Origin: an uncultured bacterium
Lineage (GTDB): Bacteria; Actinomycetota; Acidimicrobiia; Spongiisociales; ZC4RG35
Length of the DNA stretch: 64,000 nt
NCBI GenBank assembly: GCA_963753285.1
Contig: CAVWBT010000008.1
Coordinates: forward strand, 112,045 to 176,044
Direction: 5' to 3'
Numbering within the stretch: the stretch's first letter is position 1; every line of letters starts with the position of its first letter. A model generated the notes under the pieces. The model searched no databases. It saw nothing but the letters and a program-made list of their open reading frames with translations, and was not told where the DNA came from. Shown in pieces: positions 29,060-38,887 of this stretch. The position numbers were made by a program, and so were the translations under genes.

Positions 29060-30307
29060 GTGAACACGCGTCACACCACACTGCTCGCCGTCGTTGCGCT
29101 GGTCGTCGGCGCGTGCACCAGTGGAACGAGCGACACCACGGTGGCGCCGACCACCACTGCCGCACCGACCACGACGACTGCGGCACCTGATGCCGACGTC
29201 TGCACGGTGCTCAAAGTCGCCGATTTCGACCTCTCGAACGGCATCTCCGACATCTTCTCCCCCGAGAACTTCGCCGATCCCGAGTCCGTCGACGAGGATC
29301 GGCTCGGACAGGAGTTCGCCGACGTGGTCATCGCGTATTACGACACCATCGCCGAGCTCGGGGAGACCGCCCCCGCCGACATCCGAGGCGATTTCGCCAC
29401 CGTTGCAGCCGCGGTCGAACCGCTCCAGGCCGAGCTGGAGAACCTCGAGCCGGGTGAGTTCGACGGCGCGCTCGACGACTTCGCACCGGAGGACTTCTCG
29501 ACACCGGAGCTGGAGGATGCAGCGGGACGGATCGAGAGCTGGACCGACCTCAACTGCGACGTGGAGGTGTCGGTCGATCCCGAGAGCGTCCTCACCGAGA
29601 AGATCTTCGCTGCGGCGTTCGCCTCCCTCGGTGGGCTGTTCGACGAGCTCGGCGAGGGTCTGGGGGAAAGCCTGGGAGATCTCGGAGATCTCGGCGGGAT
29701 CGATGATTTCGACGGCACGTTCGACGCAGTGACCTTCGGGGACAACGCCGAACTGGACGCGCTGTGGGAACGATGCCAGTCGGACGACTACGCCGCCTGC
29801 GACGAGCTCTACTTCTCCAGTTTCAACGTGTACGAGTTGTTCTCGGTCACCTGCGCCGGGACCGTGCCCTTCTACGCCTTCTCCACGAGTTGTGACGAGA
29901 AGCACAACGGGACGGCACAGGTCTACGGAGACGACGGGTTCCTCGATTCGCTCTACGACTCGTGCGCCGAAGGCGACTCCTTCTCATGTGATCAACTCTT
30001 CGGCTCTTCGCCGATCGGATCGGAATACGAGACCTTCGCCCGGACGTGCGGCGACATCCGAGAGGCCGACAGCACACCGTGCGAGCTGTTCGGAACCGGT
30101 GAGCCCTTCACCTACGGTGACGACTCCGCGTTCGACGCGCTCTGGGACGCGTGCTCGGTCGGGGACGCGGATGCCTGCGACGACCTCTATTTCGAGTCGC
30201 CATTCGGCTCGGCCTACGAGGCATTCGGCGAGAACTGCGGACTGCTGGCCGAGCGGGGCGAAGACTGCGCGCTCGTCGCCGAACTCCTCGACGGCCCGGT
30301 GGGTTGA
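29060..30307 (+). CDS. Acidic lipoprotein with three Cys-rich repeats
   Basis: Lipobox VGAC, Thr-rich linker, 3x GD..LD.L...C...D...CD.L...S...YE.F...C. Confidence 0.75.
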   Translation: MNTRHTTLLAVVALVVGACTSGTSDTTVAPTTTAAPTTTTAAPDADVCTVLKVADFDLSNGISDIFSPENFADPESVDEDRLGQEFADVVIAYYDTIAELGETAPADIRGDFATVAAAVEPLQAELENLEPGEFDGALDDFAPEDFSTPELEDAAGRIESWTDLNCDVEVSVDPESVLTEKIFAAAFASLGGLFDELGEGLGESLGDLGDLGGIDDFDGTFDAVTFGDNAELDALWERCQSDDYAACDELYFSSFNVYELFSVTCAGTVPFYAFSTSCDEKHNGTAQVYGDDGFLDSLYDSCAEGDSFSCDQLFGSSPIGSEYETFARTCGDIREADSTPCELFGTGEPFTYGDDSAFDALWDACSVGDADACDDLYFESPFGSAYEAFGENCGLLAERGEDCALVAELLDGPVG

Positions 30308-30336
30308 GATCACGCTCGGTTGGGTAACCCCGGCCC

Positions 30337-31302
30337 ATGGATCTCAACTCGCTCATCGATCGATACCGGGACCGCGTCGTCGATCGCGCCACCGATCCCT
30401 TCGGCCACGCCGAATATCCGCTGGCACGCACACTCGACTATCAGGGTGACCCCGGGCTCTTCGGCCCGGATTCGGTGAGCTGGCGGGTCATCGGCGACGC
30501 TGCTGCGTTCGTCGGCGGGGTGCGAGCGCTGCTCGTCCAGGCGGCCCACCCCGAAGTCGTCGCAGGAGTCGCCGACCACTCCAGCTACCAGGCGGACCCG
30601 CTCGGTCGGCTCTCCCGGACTTCCTCGTACGTGACCGCGACCACCTTCGGCGCCCTTCCCGAGGTCGAACAGGCGGTAGCCAGGGTCCGACAGGCCCACC
30701 GCCCCGTGACCGGACGGAGCCACCGAAACGTCGCGTACAGCGCCGGCAAACCCGAGTTCGCCGCCTGGGTGCACAACGTCCTGACCGATTCGTTCCTCCA
30801 GGCCTATCAGGCGTACGGGCCCGGCCCGCTGACGACCGAGGAAGCGGACCGCTTCGTGCTCGAGCAGACCGAAGTCGGCAGCCTGCTCGACGCCGACCCG
30901 CTCCCCGAGACCGCAGCCGACCTGGCGGACTGGGTCGCCGACCACCCGGCGCTGGACGAGTCCCCCGGCATGACCGAGACGCGTGGATTCCTCTCGAACC
31001 CTCCCCTCGATCCCGTCCAACGCGTCGGCTACCAGGCGCTGTACCGGGGCGCGCTGCCCACCATCCCACCTCGCGTTCTCGAGTTGCTCGACCTCGAACC
31101 CGGCGTCGTCGACGGGGCGCTCGGGAGAAGGTTCGTGTCGTTCCTCCGGTGGGCGCTCGGCTCGTCGCCGTCGTGGCACGTGAGCCTCGTCCGGGTGGGT
31201 GCCGAGATCCCCGAGGGTGTGTTCCGTCAGCCCCTCCCGGTCGACGATGTCACCACCATCGGCACACCCAGGCAACGACGCTCGACGCAGGCCGTGAGCT
31301 GA
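30337..31302 (+). CDS. MpaB/DUF2236-family oxygenase-like protein
   Basis: GLFGPDSVSWRV, ALLVQAAHP..AGV.DHS, RL.RT, WVH. Confidence 0.85.
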   Translation: MDLNSLIDRYRDRVVDRATDPFGHAEYPLARTLDYQGDPGLFGPDSVSWRVIGDAAAFVGGVRALLVQAAHPEVVAGVADHSSYQADPLGRLSRTSSYVTATTFGALPEVEQAVARVRQAHRPVTGRSHRNVAYSAGKPEFAAWVHNVLTDSFLQAYQAYGPGPLTTEEADRFVLEQTEVGSLLDADPLPETAADLADWVADHPALDESPGMTETRGFLSNPPLDPVQRVGYQALYRGALPTIPPRVLELLDLEPGVVDGALGRRFVSFLRWALGSSPSWHVSLVRVGAEIPEGVFRQPLPVDDVTTIGTPRQRRSTQAVS

Positions 31303-31354
31303 GCGGGACACCACAGGACTTGTACACTCTCCGGTTCAGCAATCGAAGGCATAC

Positions 31355-31579
31355 ATGGCAGACGAAGACGAATACATCAGGATGCGCGGCACCGTGCAGA
31401 AGGTCCTGCGATCAGCGACGTTCCTGGTAGAGCTCGAGGGCGGCCTCCAGGTGACGGCACGCCCCTCCGGTCGCATGCGACGTGGCCGAATGATCCGCAT
31501 CCTGCCGGGCGACGAGGTCGACGTCGAGGTGTCGACGTACGACCCCACCAAGGGACGAATCGTCTGGCGCTACCGCTGA
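31355..31579 (+). CDS. infA: Translation initiation factor IF-1 (divergent paralog)
   Basis: G.V...L...F.VEL..G, SGRMR, IRILPGD.V.VE.S.YD.TKGRI.WR. Confidence 0.85.
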   Translation: MADEDEYIRMRGTVQKVLRSATFLVELEGGLQVTARPSGRMRRGRMIRILPGDEVDVEVSTYDPTKGRIVWRYR

Positions 31580-31580
31580 C

Positions 31581-32309
31581 GTGAAGATCATGTTCGCCGG
31601 CGACTGGCACGCCGGCATCGGCTTCGGGACCGCCGCCATCGCATCGGCAGCTGCTCGCGGAGCCGAAACGATCGCCCATGTCGGCGACTTCGGGTTCTGG
31701 CCCCGACACCCCGAAGGACAGAAGTACATCGACGCCATCAGCGCAGCCTGCCTCGAACACGACGTCACCGTGTGGTTCTGCGATGGCAACCACGAGGATC
31801 ACGACTCGCTCCCCCACGACACCGCCTGGGAGCCTGTCGAGGTCGCCCCGGGAATCCGTTGGGTGCCGCGCGGCGTCACGTTGGAGTGGGCCTCGACACG
31901 CCTGTTGTTCATGGGTGGGGCAGTCTCTGTCGACCAGTTCTCCCGGTTTCCCGGCAAGACGTGGTTCCCCAACGAGACGCCATCACCCGGACACTGGCAA
32001 CGTGCAATGGCGGCGACCGACATCGACATCGTCGTCGCTCACGACACCGTCCCCGGCATGCCCGTCTCCGGGCGTCCGGCCCTTTCGATCCCATGGTCGA
32101 TCCGCAAACGGGCTTCCGATCACCGCAAACGGCTGGCAGCGCTGCAGAAGTCGTTGCAGCCCCGCCTGTGGGTCCACGGTCACTGGCATCAGCGGGCGAC
32201 GGCAACCCTCAACGGCACCCGGTTCGAGTCGCTCGGCCATGACCGCGGCTTCGATTCCGACGCCGCGCTCTTCTGCGACCTTCCGTCTCTCGAGCTCACG
32301 GCGCCGTAG
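31581..32309 (+). CDS. Calcineurin-like metallophosphoesterase
   Basis: GDWH, VGDFG, DGNHE, AHD, HGHWH. Confidence 0.88.
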   Translation: MKIMFAGDWHAGIGFGTAAIASAAARGAETIAHVGDFGFWPRHPEGQKYIDAISAACLEHDVTVWFCDGNHEDHDSLPHDTAWEPVEVAPGIRWVPRGVTLEWASTRLLFMGGAVSVDQFSRFPGKTWFPNETPSPGHWQRAMAATDIDIVVAHDTVPGMPVSGRPALSIPWSIRKRASDHRKRLAALQKSLQPRLWVHGHWHQRATATLNGTRFESLGHDRGFDSDAALFCDLPSLELTAP

Positions 32310-32329
32310 GCACCGTTACCGTTGGTGGG

Positions 32330-32737
32330 GTGCTGTCCGTCCCACTCGCAAAGGAACTCCGGCGGGCCGGCCTCGTTTGGAAGCCCGCCCTGTTCGACTT
32401 CTTCCACATCCCAGAACGAGATCTCGACGATCGAAAGTTCGTCATCGCCGACATGTCGATCGACATCCAGATCCTGGCCGACGGGATCGGGGCGATCACG
32501 TTCAACGGCGCCGTCGAGTGGTCGCTCGACTACATCCTGACCCAGGATGTGATCTGGCTCCCGACCGAGGCTCAGCTGCGTGAGCTCCTCGGCGACCGGT
32601 TCGCCGGCCTCGAGCGGATCGACGCCGGATACCGAGTCTCGGTTTCCGACGAAGCGGGCGATCGCCACTTCGACGGGCCCACCGCGGCGGAGGCCTACGG
32701 CTGGGCGGTCCTGAACGCTCTCACCGACTTCCGGTGA
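32330..32737 (+). CDS. Conserved hypothetical protein
   Basis: LA..LR.AGL.W.P...D.F, FNGAVEWSLD, WLP.E.QLRELL. Confidence 0.7.
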   Translation: MLSVPLAKELRRAGLVWKPALFDFFHIPERDLDDRKFVIADMSIDIQILADGIGAITFNGAVEWSLDYILTQDVIWLPTEAQLRELLGDRFAGLERIDAGYRVSVSDEAGDRHFDGPTAAEAYGWAVLNALTDFR

Positions 32738-32849
32738 CACGCCCGACCTGAAGCGATCATGAACTCGTCGTAACCTGCGCGCTACGAACGCGTCAGGTAG
32801 CGTTTGGACTTCGGAGCGTCGAGCTCCGGATCACAACACAGGGAGACAT

Positions 32850-34550
32850 ATGAAACACGCGAAACTGATCGCCTTGATCGCGGTCTTCGCTCTCGTTGCA
32901 GCCGCCTGTGGCGGTACTGCCGACGACGAGCCGACGACCACGACGGCAGGCGAACCGGCCGCAACCGAGACGACGGCCGCGCCGGCCACGACAGAACCGG
33001 CAGAGCCTTCCGCCGACTTCGAAGGCACGACCCTCGAAGCCGGATGCGACTACGGCGGCAAGATCAACTCGATCACGGCCGTCGACGAGCTCACCGTCGA
33101 ATTCGACCTGTGCTCCCCCGACCCGGCGTTCCTGCCGAAACTCGCCTTCAGCGTGTTCGGCATCCAGCCGGCCGAACATCTCGAGGCAACCGGTGGAGCA
33201 CCACTAGACAACCCGATCGGCACCGGCCCGTATTCGCTCAACGAATGGGTCCGTGGCGACTCGATCATCTACGACCGCTTCGACGACTACTACGGCACCG
33301 TGGCTCCGCATGCGACCGCCGTGCTGCGGTGGGCGACTGAGAGCGCCGGACGTCTGCTCGAGCTCCAGTCCGGAACCGTGGACGGGATCACCTTCCCCGG
33401 AACCGAGGACCTCGAGACGATCGAGAACGACCCGAACCTCCAGCTGCTCGACAAGCCCGAGCCGAACATCTTCTACATCGGCTTCACCAACACGTCCGAG
33501 CCGTGGAACGACGTCAACGTCCGCAAGGCCGTTGCGCTCGGCATCGATCGTCAGCGGATCGTCGACACCTTCTACCCGGCCGGTTCGGAGACCGCTTCGC
33601 ACTTCACCCCGTGCTCGGTGGAGAACGGCTGTCAGGGTGAGTCGTGGTTCGACTTCGACCCCGAAGCGGGCCGTGAGTTGCTGGCCGAGGCCGGATATCC
33701 CGACGGGTTCGAGATGTCGATCTATTACCGGGACGTGACCCGCGGCTACCTGCCGACACCGGGTGACGTCGCAGCCGACATCCAGGCCCAGCTCGCCGAC
33801 AACCTCGGCATCACGGCCGAAGTCGTGGTCGTCGAGTCCGGCGAGTTCATCCAGACCTCGTCGGCCGGTGGCTACGAGGACGGCGTCCACCTGCTCGGAT
33901 GGACGGGTGACTACCCGCACGTGACCAACTTCCTGGACTTCCACTTCGCAGAGACCAACGCCCAGTTCGGCGATCCCTATCCGGAGATCTACGAGCCGCT
34001 GGACGCCGCGTCGAAGCTGGCGAGCGCCGAGGAGGCAGCACCGCTCTACGAAGAGGCGAACAACGCCATCAAGGAACTCGTTCCGATGATCCCCGTCGCC
34101 CACTCGGCGGCGAACTTCGCAGCCGCTGCGGACGTGGACGGCGCCTATGCACCGATTTGGGGTCAGGTCATGTTGAACCTCTGGGACAACGGCACCGACA
34201 CGCTGGTCTTCATGCAGGGCAACGAGCCCATCTCGCTGTACTGCGCAGACGAGACCGACGGTGAATCGCTCCGGGCCTGCGCCCAGGTCGTCGAGGCGCT
34301 CTACTCCTACGCACCCGACGGCTCGATTCAGCCGCAGCTCGCCACCGAATGTGTGCCGAACGACGAGCTGACCAACTGGGTGTGCTCGCTGCGCAGCGGT
34401 GTGACGTTCCACAACGGCTCGGCATTCGACGCCAACGACGTCGTCGCCTCGTTCTCTGCCGGCCTCGACGCCGGGTCGCCGTTGCACACCGGCAACAGCG
34501 GCGTGTTCGAGTACTACGACTACCTGTGGGGCCTCATCCCCGAGGGATGA
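32850..34550 (+). CDS. Family 5 ABC substrate-binding lipoprotein (circularly permuted)
   Basis: Lipobox, PIGTGPY, VRKAVALGIDR, LLAEAGYPDG; the family N-terminal signature LRSGVTFHNG lies at the C-terminus. Confidence 0.9.
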   Translation: MKHAKLIALIAVFALVAAACGGTADDEPTTTTAGEPAATETTAAPATTEPAEPSADFEGTTLEAGCDYGGKINSITAVDELTVEFDLCSPDPAFLPKLAFSVFGIQPAEHLEATGGAPLDNPIGTGPYSLNEWVRGDSIIYDRFDDYYGTVAPHATAVLRWATESAGRLLELQSGTVDGITFPGTEDLETIENDPNLQLLDKPEPNIFYIGFTNTSEPWNDVNVRKAVALGIDRQRIVDTFYPAGSETASHFTPCSVENGCQGESWFDFDPEAGRELLAEAGYPDGFEMSIYYRDVTRGYLPTPGDVAADIQAQLADNLGITAEVVVVESGEFIQTSSAGGYEDGVHLLGWTGDYPHVTNFLDFHFAETNAQFGDPYPEIYEPLDAASKLASAEEAAPLYEEANNAIKELVPMIPVAHSAANFAAAADVDGAYAPIWGQVMLNLWDNGTDTLVFMQGNEPISLYCADETDGESLRACAQVVEALYSYAPDGSIQPQLATECVPNDELTNWVCSLRSGVTFHNGSAFDANDVVASFSAGLDAGSPLHTGNSGVFEYYDYLWGLIPEG

Positions 34551-34565
34551 TCTCCACCTGATTCG

Positions 34566-34603
34566 AAAGAGGGGTGGCGTCCAGCCGGACGCCATCCCTC
34601 TTT
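34566..34603 (+). terminator. Intercistronic stem-loop after the substrate-binding gene
   Basis: AAAGAGGGGTGGCGTCC-agcc-GGACGCCATCCCTCTTT. Confidence 0.7.
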
Positions 34604-34624
34604 TGCTCGTAGTCTGCAGAGGCC

Positions 34625-35704
34625 TTGCTCAGCTACATCACCCGACGCGTGCTTCTCGCCATCCCGGTCCTCATCGGGATCGTCGTCGTGGTGTTCTTCC
34701 TCATTCGGGCCATCCCCGGGGATCCGTGCTCGTCGCTGCTCGGAGAACGCGCCACCGAAGAGGCGTGCGAACGTTTCAACGAGGCGAACGGGCTCAACGA
34801 ACCGATCTTCGTCCAGCTCGGCATCTACATGCGCAATATCGTCACATTCGACCTCGGCGATTCGGTCAGATTCTCCCGCCCGGTCAATCAGCTGCTCCTC
34901 GAGCGCCTTCCGCTGACGACGGAGCTGGCCGTGTCAGCCCTCTTCGTGGCAGTGATCGTGGGCATTCCGCTCGGCGTCATCGCCGCCCGTCGCCACAACA
35001 CCATTGCCGACACCGCAACCGTGGCGCTGGCGAACGTCGGGGTATCGATGCCGGTGTTCTGGCTGGGGCTCATGCTCCAATACCTCTTCGCGCTCGTGCT
35101 CAGGGACACCCCGCTCGCGCTCCAACCGACCGGCCGGCTCAGCGCCGGCGTCCGATCCACGCCGTACTACGACCTGTGGGAGTGGCAGCTCACCGACGGA
35201 TCGCTGTGGGCCAAGTTCAACGAATACGTCGCCAACCATTATCTCTTCAACAACCTGATCACCGGCCAGTGGGAGGTGTTCTGGGACGCCGCGACCCATC
35301 TCATCCTGCCGACACTCGCCCTGTCGACGATCCCGCTGGCGATCATCGCCCGCATCACCCGCAGCTCGCTGCTGGAGGTGCTGAGCCGGGACTACATCCG
35401 GACGGCCAGAGCCAAGGGCGTGCGGGAACGAACCGTGGTACGCGAGCACGCATTGCGCAACGCCTTGCTGCCCGTCGTCACGATCGTCGGGCTCCAGCTC
35501 GGCGCCCTGCTCGGTGGCGCAGTCCTCACCGAGACGGTGTTCAACCTCGCCGGTGTCGGGCGAGCACTCTTCGACGCCATCACCGGCCGTGACTACGCCA
35601 TCGTCCAGGGCTTCACGGTCGTTATCGCCGCCGTGTATGTGCTCGTCAACCTGCTCGTCGACCTGTCATACGCCTATCTCGACCCGAGGATCCGAATCGA
35701 ATGA
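34625..35704 (+). CDS. Peptide ABC permease (DppB-like)
   Basis: IPGDP, SMPVFW, YIRTARAKG, HALRNA, ETVF, DPRIR. Confidence 0.93.
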   Translation: MLSYITRRVLLAIPVLIGIVVVVFFLIRAIPGDPCSSLLGERATEEACERFNEANGLNEPIFVQLGIYMRNIVTFDLGDSVRFSRPVNQLLLERLPLTTELAVSALFVAVIVGIPLGVIAARRHNTIADTATVALANVGVSMPVFWLGLMLQYLFALVLRDTPLALQPTGRLSAGVRSTPYYDLWEWQLTDGSLWAKFNEYVANHYLFNNLITGQWEVFWDAATHLILPTLALSTIPLAIIARITRSSLLEVLSRDYIRTARAKGVRERTVVREHALRNALLPVVTIVGLQLGALLGGAVLTETVFNLAGVGRALFDAITGRDYAIVQGFTVVIAAVYVLVNLLVDLSYAYLDPRIRIE

Positions 35705-36663
35705 CCTCTCCCAATCACAAGGAGGCGATGGAGCAGCTCGAGCGCGAGGCTGCCAACGCCAAGACCCTCTACGAGAAGCCGCTCACCCAGTGGCGACTCA
35801 CGCTCCGCCGCTTCCGGCAGCGCAAATCGGGCATGATCGGCCTCGGCATCATCGCATTCCTGATCCTCGTCGCAGTCCTCGCTCCCCTCCTCGCCCCGTA
35901 CGGGCCGAACGAGATCCTGATCGGAAAGGAAGACGTCGGCCGCTACGACCCGCCATGCATCCACATCCTCGGGTGCCCCGAAGAAACACCCCAGCACATC
36001 CTCGGGATCGACGGCAACGTTCGCGACGAGCTGTCCCGCATCATCTACGGGTCGAGGGTCAGCCTCACGCTCGGGTTCTTCACCGTCACCCTGGCGCTCG
36101 TCGTCGGCGCCACCATCGGAGCGATAGCCGGGTTCACGGGAGGTTGGCTCGACAACATCCTCATGCGGGCGATGGATGTCATCCTCGGGTTCCCATCGTT
36201 CTTGCTCGCCATCGCCATCGTTGCGTCGATCGGACGGGGCCTCCAGAACGCCCTGATCGCGATCGCCATCGTCACCATGCCCGGCTACGCCCGAGTGATG
36301 CGCGCCCAGGTGCTGGCGATCAAAGAGAGCGACTTCGTGGCGGCGTCGCGAGCCCTCGGCGCCAGGCCGAGCCAGATCCTGATTCGTCGCGTTGTGCCGA
36401 ATGCGATGACCCCCCTCGTCGTGCTGGCCACGCTCGGCGTCGCCACGGCGATCCTCGAAGCGGCCGGCCTGTCGTTCCTCGGGCTGGGCGCACAGCCACC
36501 CCTGGCGGAATGGGGTTCGATGCTCGCATCGGAGCGCAACCAGGTGTTCACCGCACCTCACCTCGTCTTCTTCCCCGGACTGGCCATCATGATCACCGTG
36601 CTCGGCTTCAACCTCATGGGTGACGGGTTGCGCGACGCCCTCGACCCGACTCTCAACCGATGA
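35701..36663 (+). CDS. Peptide ABC permease (DppC-like)
   Basis: HILGIDGNVRD, FVAASRALGA, AAGLSFLGLG, GDGLRDALDP. Confidence 0.93.
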   Translation: MTSPNHKEAMEQLEREAANAKTLYEKPLTQWRLTLRRFRQRKSGMIGLGIIAFLILVAVLAPLLAPYGPNEILIGKEDVGRYDPPCIHILGCPEETPQHILGIDGNVRDELSRIIYGSRVSLTLGFFTVTLALVVGATIGAIAGFTGGWLDNILMRAMDVILGFPSFLLAIAIVASIGRGLQNALIAIAIVTMPGYARVMRAQVLAIKESDFVAASRALGARPSQILIRRVVPNAMTPLVVLATLGVATAILEAAGLSFLGLGAQPPLAEWGSMLASERNQVFTAPHLVFFPGLAIMITVLGFNLMGDGLRDALDPTLNR

Positions 36664-37700
36664 CGGACACATCAACCGGCAACATCGAGTTCGACAACGT
36701 GCGCGTCGCCGGGGAACGCCTGCTCGAGGTGAACGGGCTCAAGACCCATTTCGACACCAGAGACGGGGTCGTCAAGGCCGTCGACGGCGTCGATATCCAC
36801 GTCGACCGGGGAGAGGTGCTCGGGATCGTCGGCGAATCCGGTTGCGGCAAGTCCGTCACGTCCCTGTCGATCATGGGCCTGATCAGCCATCCCGGAGAGA
36901 TCGTGGCCGGCGAGATCCTCTTCGGAGGGCGCGACCTCGCCAAGATGAAGACGTCCGAGCTTCGCAAGCTGCGAGGCGAGCACATCTCGATGATCTTCCA
37001 GCAGCCTTCCTCCGCACTCAACCCGGTCTATCGAGCAGGTGCACAGATCAAGGAAGTCTTCGAGCTCCATCGTGAATGGTCCGACGAGGTCGAAGAGGAG
37101 AAGGTGGTCGAGATGCTCGCCAAGGTGGGCATCCCAGACCCGAAGAGCCGGGCACGCGCCTATCCCCACGAGCTCTCCGGCGGGATGGCACAACGCGTGA
37201 TGATCGCCATGGCACTGGCGTGCGAGCCCGAGCTCCTCATCGCCGACGAGCCCACCACCGCGCTCGACGTCACCATCCAGGCACAGATCCTGGATCTCAT
37301 GCGCGACCTGCAGGAGACGTCGAAGACGGCGGTGATCCTCATCACCCACGACCTGGGCGTCGTCGCAGAGATGGCCCACCGCGTGGCAGTCATGTACGCC
37401 GGTGAGGTGGTGGAGGAAGCCGACGTCCGTTCCATCTTCGGAGACCCACAACATCCCTACACCCGCGGCCTGATCGGATCGATCCCGGTACTGGGCGCCC
37501 GCAAGGACGTTCTCGACACGATTCCGGGCGTCGTGCCGTCACTGGTCGACCTGCCGGCCGGATGCCGGTTCGCAGCCCGCTGCGTGTCCCGTGTCGAGAA
37601 CGGCCTGGAGATCTGCAACACCGACAAACCCGATCTGATCGAGACCGCACCCGGCCGCAAGGTGCGCTGCTGGCTGTACCAGGAGCATCCGAATGGCTGA
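36660..37700 (+). CDS. Peptide ABC ATPase (DppD-like)
   Basis: [30 protein letters not shown]-terminal Cys cluster. Confidence 0.95.
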   Translation: MTDTSTGNIEFDNVRVAGERLLEVNGLKTHFDTRDGVVKAVDGVDIHVDRGEVLGIVGESGCGKSVTSLSIMGLISHPGEIVAGEILFGGRDLAKMKTSELRKLRGEHISMIFQQPSSALNPVYRAGAQIKEVFELHREWSDEVEEEKVVEMLAKVGIPDPKSRARAYPHELSGGMAQRVMIAMALACEPELLIADEPTTALDVTIQAQILDLMRDLQETSKTAVILITHDLGVVAEMAHRVAVMYAGEVVEEADVRSIFGDPQHPYTRGLIGSIPVLGARKDVLDTIPGVVPSLVDLPAGCRFAARCVSRVENGLEICNTDKPDLIETAPGRKVRCWLYQEHPNG

Positions 37701-38688
37701 GAACCTCGTCGAGATCCGCGATCTGGTGAAGGAGTTCCCGGTCCGAGGTGGGCTGCTCCAACGCCAGATCGGCTCAGTGCGGGCCGTCGCCGGAGTCGAT
37801 CTCGACGTCATCAGGGGCGAGAGCTTGGGCCTGGTGGGCGAGTCGGGATGCGGGAAGACCACTCTGGGCCGGATGCTCGTGCGGTTGCTCGAACCGACGA
37901 GCGGAACCATCACCTTCGACGGTCGGGACATCACGCACCTGTCCGGTTCGGAGCTCAAGCCGTTCCGCAAGCGGGTCCAGATCATCTTCCAGGACCCGTA
38001 CGGATCGCTCGATCCTCGCACGCAGGTCGGAGACGCCATCGCCGAGGGACTCCGACTCCACGGCGTGGACGACCGGGACGAGCGCCGCGAGCGGGTGGAG
38101 CGGATGCTCGAACTCGTAGGGATGAACGCCGGTCACGCCGGGCGTTACCCCCACGAGTTCTCGGGCGGACAGCGTCAGCGAATCGGAATCGCCAGGGCCC
38201 TGATCCTCGAACCCGATCTGGTCGTCGCCGACGAGCCCGTGTCTGCGCTCGATGTCTCTGTTCAGGCCCAGGTGCTGAACCTGCTGAAGGAACTGCAATC
38301 GGAGCTGGATCTCACGCTGCTCTTCGTCGCCCACAACCTCGGCGTGGTCGAGCACATCTCCGATCGGGTCGCCGTGATGTATCTCGGGCGAATCGTCGAG
38401 TTGGCTGAGCGGGACTCCCTGTATGCAAACCCGGTGCACCCATACACCGAGGCGCTGCTGTCTGCGATCCCGATCCCCGACCCCGACCGGCCGCGGAACC
38501 GCCAGATCCTCCAGGGAGAGATCCCTAGCCCGCTCAATCCGCCGACCGGATGCCACTTCCATCCCCGCTGTCCCATCGCGAAGCCCGGGCTGTGCGACGT
38601 CCAGGAGCCGCCCCTCGCCGATTCGGCCTTCCCCGGGCACAAAGCCGCCTGTCTGCTCCGCACCGGACCCCGGGCTGCCGCCCGCTAG
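37693..38688 (+). CDS. Peptide ABC ATPase (DppF-like)
   Basis: [37 protein letters not shown]. Confidence 0.95.
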   Translation: MAENLVEIRDLVKEFPVRGGLLQRQIGSVRAVAGVDLDVIRGESLGLVGESGCGKTTLGRMLVRLLEPTSGTITFDGRDITHLSGSELKPFRKRVQIIFQDPYGSLDPRTQVGDAIAEGLRLHGVDDRDERRERVERMLELVGMNAGHAGRYPHEFSGGQRQRIGIARALILEPDLVVADEPVSALDVSVQAQVLNLLKELQSELDLTLLFVAHNLGVVEHISDRVAVMYLGRIVELAERDSLYANPVHPYTEALLSAIPIPDPDRPRNRQILQGEIPSPLNPPTGCHFHPRCPIAKPGLCDVQEPPLADSAFPGHKAACLLRTGPRAAAR

Positions 38689-38887
38689 TGGCACCCGGCC
38701 CGGACAAGTTTGCGCTGGGTCTGGGAAGAGTGCTGTCAGCCATCGGCCATCGGCTTTCATCTCTCGATCTGGCCGACGTCGCTCGATAGCTGGACAGCTG
38801 AGGGCCGACAGCACACCGTCTCGATGCACCGGCACCGTCGAGATCGCGGTGGAATCGGGAGGGCCTCCGCGGGGTTGGTGAAGACCG

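Noticed and set aside
38686-38880. IS end or remnant after dppF
   Set aside because: No matching inverted repeat or transposase fragment was found
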